Of a stretch of 64,000 nucleotides of DNA, positions 59,850 through 64,000 are shown piece by piece. A model generated the notes under the pieces. It was given only the letters and a program-made list of their open reading frames with translations. It searched no databases and was not told where the DNA came from. Source of the DNA: Azolla caroliniana (lineage: Eukaryota; Plantae; Polypodiophyta); NCBI GenBank assembly GCA_043228905.1, contig JBHGNT010000068.1, positions 70,590 through 134,589 of the forward strand. Direction: 5' to 3'. Numbering within the stretch: the first letter of the stretch is position 1; the number at the start of each line of letters is the position of its first letter. A program made the translations under genes and the position numbers.

Positions 59850-61949
59850 TTAGGCTTTCACCGTGTTGCTCTTTCCTCGGAGAGAGAGCGAAAAGAATGA
59901 CCTTGAACCTGCACAACACCATCCACACATACATATAAGATTAAGATTAGAAAACTATAATGAGCACATAAAATGACCATCTCTAACATTGCCTTCTGCC
60001 TCTACCTATCATACCCTTCTCGTGTTGGGAGATATACATGTGAACTAATTCACTTCATATTGGATGATAAACGGAAAGTACCCTTGCAGGTTTCCCAAAT
60101 ATAAAATGGTATTCTCTTGGTCTAAACGAGAGAAACTAGTTATATACTTAATCTTCTTCGTCTACTCCCAGTAACTTAATTATGGTTCCAGTCTGTAATG
60201 GGTGGGGTCAGACATGACACGAGTACATAATTAGGTTAAATAAAAATGCAATTCACACTAATCAATAACATGTCCAATGAACACTATTACTCAAATACCG
60301 AATTTTGACAGTTCAAATCTCACCCTTCGACGATGAGCTTCCCTCAGACTTTGATTGGGATTGTGTTGGAGTTAAGCCAGAAACTGCCCAAAAACGAAAT
60401 CACGATTTGTCAATCTCATCACGGAAATATAAGCATTGACCTAATTGTGGCAATTTTTTTTAGCACAGACCTTGCTCACTATCCAATTCTTCGTTGGGTC
60501 TTATGTCGTTGTTTGATGAAGACTCCTCTTCTTCACCCTCAGATGGGATGATACCAGGAGAGTTAGACTTGCTTTTGCGTCCCAAAAGCAAAAACTTCTT
60601 GAGACCCTTAGCCTTAGAGTCGCCCCATTTCTTCCTTGATCTGCTATTAAGTGATCCATCGTGGCTAGAATCCAACTGTTTCGATTCATCGGAGCTAGGG
60701 ATATTCAAAGATGGACTGGATACAGGCACCCAAGAAGGTGAAAAATGAGGGCTGAGATCTTCATAGGGAGGCTGCTTATGGTTTCTAACATTTGGATCAG
60801 CCTCTATAATATATGTGGAGACGTCGTGCGAAGATGATCCAAGGACTATTGGAGCATATTGACAATCCTCGTTCGCCAAAGAACTTTCCTCGATTTCCAA
60901 CTCAGCCTCATCAGTACCAGGTGCAGAGATAGTGACATCGGGGGATTTAGCTCTAAGAGAGGCACTGGGTGTTTGCTGCCCAAGAAACGGCTCTTCTTCA
61001 TTCAACACTAGAGAATCACCTCTAGGGTCAGATTTCTCATGTGGTACAAAGCCATTACTCCCATCTCCATGACCATTTGCACTGTCTACACTTTTGATTA
61101 TTTCTTGCGGCTCAGCAGCCATTGGGATAATCTCATGTTTATCATCATTTAATACCACATTTTTTTGTTGGGACGTCTCATTTCCCTCAGTTGTCGCCGC
61201 CGTTTCATGCACTGCGTTCGCTTGCGGTGCTGGAGAAGCCCTCCTCTCAACAGAAACAGGAGCTTTCTTGACTTGTTTGGCCTCAACTGTACCAACTGTC
61301 GGTTTCAGAGACTTCACTGTGCTATCTGAAACAGTTGACTTTTTTACAGTCCTTTTGTCCATGCTGTCTGAAACAGTGTGCTGCTTTACAGTCTTTTCAT
61401 CCATGCTACCTGAAACAATGGAATGTTTTACAGCCTTTGCATTGATGCTATCAGAAACAGCGGATTTTTTTACAGTCTTTTCATAAGTCCGACCACTAGG
61501 AGTTTGTCCAATGGTACTGGCATCTGACGGATCAGCAGCTTTCGTAGGAACACCATTCTCTTCTATACCATTTGTCTTCGTATCAGACAAAATGTCTGAA
61601 GATTGATATGTTATGGGCTTCTTGGAAGGGATAATTAGAGATCCGGTGCTAGCACGTAGAGTAGAAAGGACGGGAGTGCTTCTTCTATTCTCCTTAACAG
61701 GACCACCAATGGATTTAGGGCTGGAAAGTTGAGCTAACCGAGCTGCACTTGATGCCTTATCTCGAGGAGAAACAGAGTAGGCATTAGAGAGCTTTTGGGT
61801 CTGATTTGGAGGAGTGATACTGTTAACTGCCCTGTTAATGCTACTTGATGCTGGAGCTGAGAGAGTTCGCGCAGCTATCCTCTCCTTTCTCTGGTTTTTC
61901 AGGTTTTCAATTCGTTTCCTGTCTTCTTCTTCCTGTAATAGAACACAAC

Positions 61950-62014
<65 letters not shown>

Positions 62015-64000
62015 CACAGCATCCAAAGATTACCTTTTCTTTCTTGCTCTTTTGCAATGCGGCTTTATATGCACGGAGCTTCTCTGCTCTTAGCTGTGCC
62101 TCTGCCAATGGGTTTGGCCTCCCTGAAGCTCCTCTCCCACCCACCATACTTCTTCTCCTCTCAAGCATCTCCTTCATGGCTTTTGCCTTTGCATCTTTCT
62201 CAGATACTCCCTTGGATACTGTTTTCTTTGTCTCTACTGCACTGTCATCTTCTTGTTCGTGTGCACCGTTCTCTGCATCCTCGTCATCTTGAGTTTGGTT
62301 GTGGTGTTCATGTTCCATCATGTCAGCTGAGAGGGCTTGCATATCATAGTCTACATTGTCCCAAACCCTCTTATATGCATCCCTGCTCCTATTGGGAACC
62401 ATGAATGAATCTTGTGGCTCAAACATATCGGGCTCTTGAGCTGCTGTGTTGACCATAGCAGTTTCGACATTATGAATAGACTGCATTTCTAATGGCATCT
62501 CTGAATCTAGATTTAAGGACACCCTCCACTCATGGTGGTTGGCACCTTCAGATGTTGCTGACCGATCGAGAATAATAAATGAATCATCAGAGAGCTTCTT
62601 GTCAACTGCCTTAAAAGCAAAATCATTCTCCGGATCCATGATTGCACTGTCACGGATGGTAGTGGTACTGTGATTGTCAGGAATCACTATAATAGAGTCA
62701 TCCATAGCAGCCCTTTGTTTATTTACTTGTTGCTCTTGTTCTGCAAGCATATCGAAAGGGTGTGAATCTATACCCTTACCGTTGGCTTCTCTTTGTGTCA
62801 CCATCACCATGTCTTCTGTTGGATATCGATTGCTGATACTGCCTTCCTTTGAAGCATCAGCTGTCTGTTCCAGTTCACATGTATCTAAAGCTAAGCCAAT
62901 GGAATTCCTTTGGCTTACTCTAGTCATAAAGAGAATGTTTTCCTCCGATATCATGCTTTTCTGCTCATTACCTACCTTGTGCTCAATTTCTTTTAGTTCA
63001 TGTCTGTCGTCCTCTCTTATTGCCCCTGTTTCAGATTCCGAATCATTGCCAGATGCAGGTATGGCATTAGAACCCACCCCTCCGCCGCTTGAGGATGATT
63101 TCTTCTTTCCCTTCTTCGATCGCTTCCCATCCTTGTTTCCATGTTTCAGGCTCTCAACTAATCCAACCGCTTCATCTACTGAACCTCTCAATGTCTCAGC
63201 CTTCATCTGAAATCTCCCATCCTCATCATTGCCACTGTCCTCACTAGTGCAGCTGCCAGTACTCTCATCATCATCATCATCATCATCATCATCTGGCTTT
63301 TGTGTCTTTGATGCAATGTAATTGATATTTCGGATGACAACTGTCCCTGAGCGCTTCGAACCCCCAGATCGGCCAATCTGGACTCTTCTCATGGGTGAAG
63401 CAGATCGTCTTCTAGTGGATGCTGGACCTTTGGCAGATCTCCTTGTTATCTCATCAGATAGTGTTTCTCCTGTGTCATCATGATACTCTTCATCACCATT
63501 GAGCTTAGTTGGTTCCTTGGCTCTTGAAATAGAACTGGAGATGCTCTCCGGGTGAGAGCCGGGCCAATACTGTGGTGGGATATGCGGGTAAGGTTGCGGT
63601 GGCATGTAGGGGCTTCCTAAGTATTGAGGATAAGGTAAACCAGGCTGATTAGGGAGTGCTTGAGCTGATAATCCATAAGACATAGGTCCATATGGGGCAT
63701 GATGAAGGCCATTCTGCATAAATTGGTTTTGCGGATGTCGTTGCCATGGTGATAGCATGGGATGCCCCTGAACAAACATTGGTCCTCTTCCTGTTTCAGC
63801 ACCTGAAGCAGTATCTCCATTCCCAATTGATGGCAATTGCTCCTTTGTGGCCTCATCCAATGAACTTCTTCCAGTAAGGTTTTCAGTTCCGTTGTCTGAT
63901 GCAAGGATCACATCAGCATGAGAATTAGACCAGCTCTCAACCCCTCCACTGCCAAGGTAAGCCGCCATCTCTGCTTGAGAGTTTGCAAAGTCGATTTCTT
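59850..64000 (-). CDS. COP1-interacting protein 7 (CIP7)-like protein, 3' part; the 5' end lies beyond the window
   Basis: Phase-consistent GT-AG exons: beyond 64000-62034, 61932-60471, 60383-60324, 59908-59850. Family motifs SGTVVIRNINYI, RAEKLRAYKAALQKSKKEK|EEEDRKRIENLK..RKERIAAR, KGLKKFLLLGRKS and C-terminal GSRSFFSLSLRGK. Confidence 0.88.

Noticed and set aside
60460-60470. Stop of the raw 376-aa ORF as the end of the CIP7-like gene
   Set aside because: A GT donor at 60470 and two further phase-compatible exons restore the family's SRSFFSLS C-terminus, so this stop is intronic.

Overview
Eukaryotic nuclear DNA from a land plant. A fern is the likeliest source, inferred from the PLS-type PPR gene style, the TE families and the abundant (GA)n/(CT)n tracts. 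Five host genes are supported: a 10-exon bifunctional 3-dehydroquinate dehydratase/shikimate dehydrogenase (+, 13954-18477), an intronless PLS/E-class PPR gene (-, 20250-22808), an alpha-expansin (+, 32488-33441), an HCT-like BAHD acyltransferase with a long internal insertion (-, 51707-53572), and the 3' part of a COP1-interacting protein 7 (CIP7)-like gene (-, 59850 to beyond 64000). The rest is mostly mobile DNA: an APE-type LINE with a (TCTT)n tail whose RT region is replaced by an intact Ty1/copia element, a second decayed copia, three 5'-truncated L1-type insertions with target-site duplications (TSDs), a solo LTR, hAT-type non-autonomous elements and local tandem or inverted duplications. 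The most interesting signals are these. (1) LINE ORF1 and ORF2 are in frame and separated by a single UGA-CGG followed by a possible stem, a virus-like stop-codon readthrough context. (2) The LINE appears to target (CT)n tracts and left a 25-bp-plus-tail micro-copy in the BAHD promoter. (3) The copia insertion has mismatched TSDs and coincides with loss of the LINE RT domain. (4) The DHQ-SDH and HCT-like genes, about 33 kb apart, both carry substitutions at substrate-binding residues. All alignments and coordinates were read by eye and no database searches were run.
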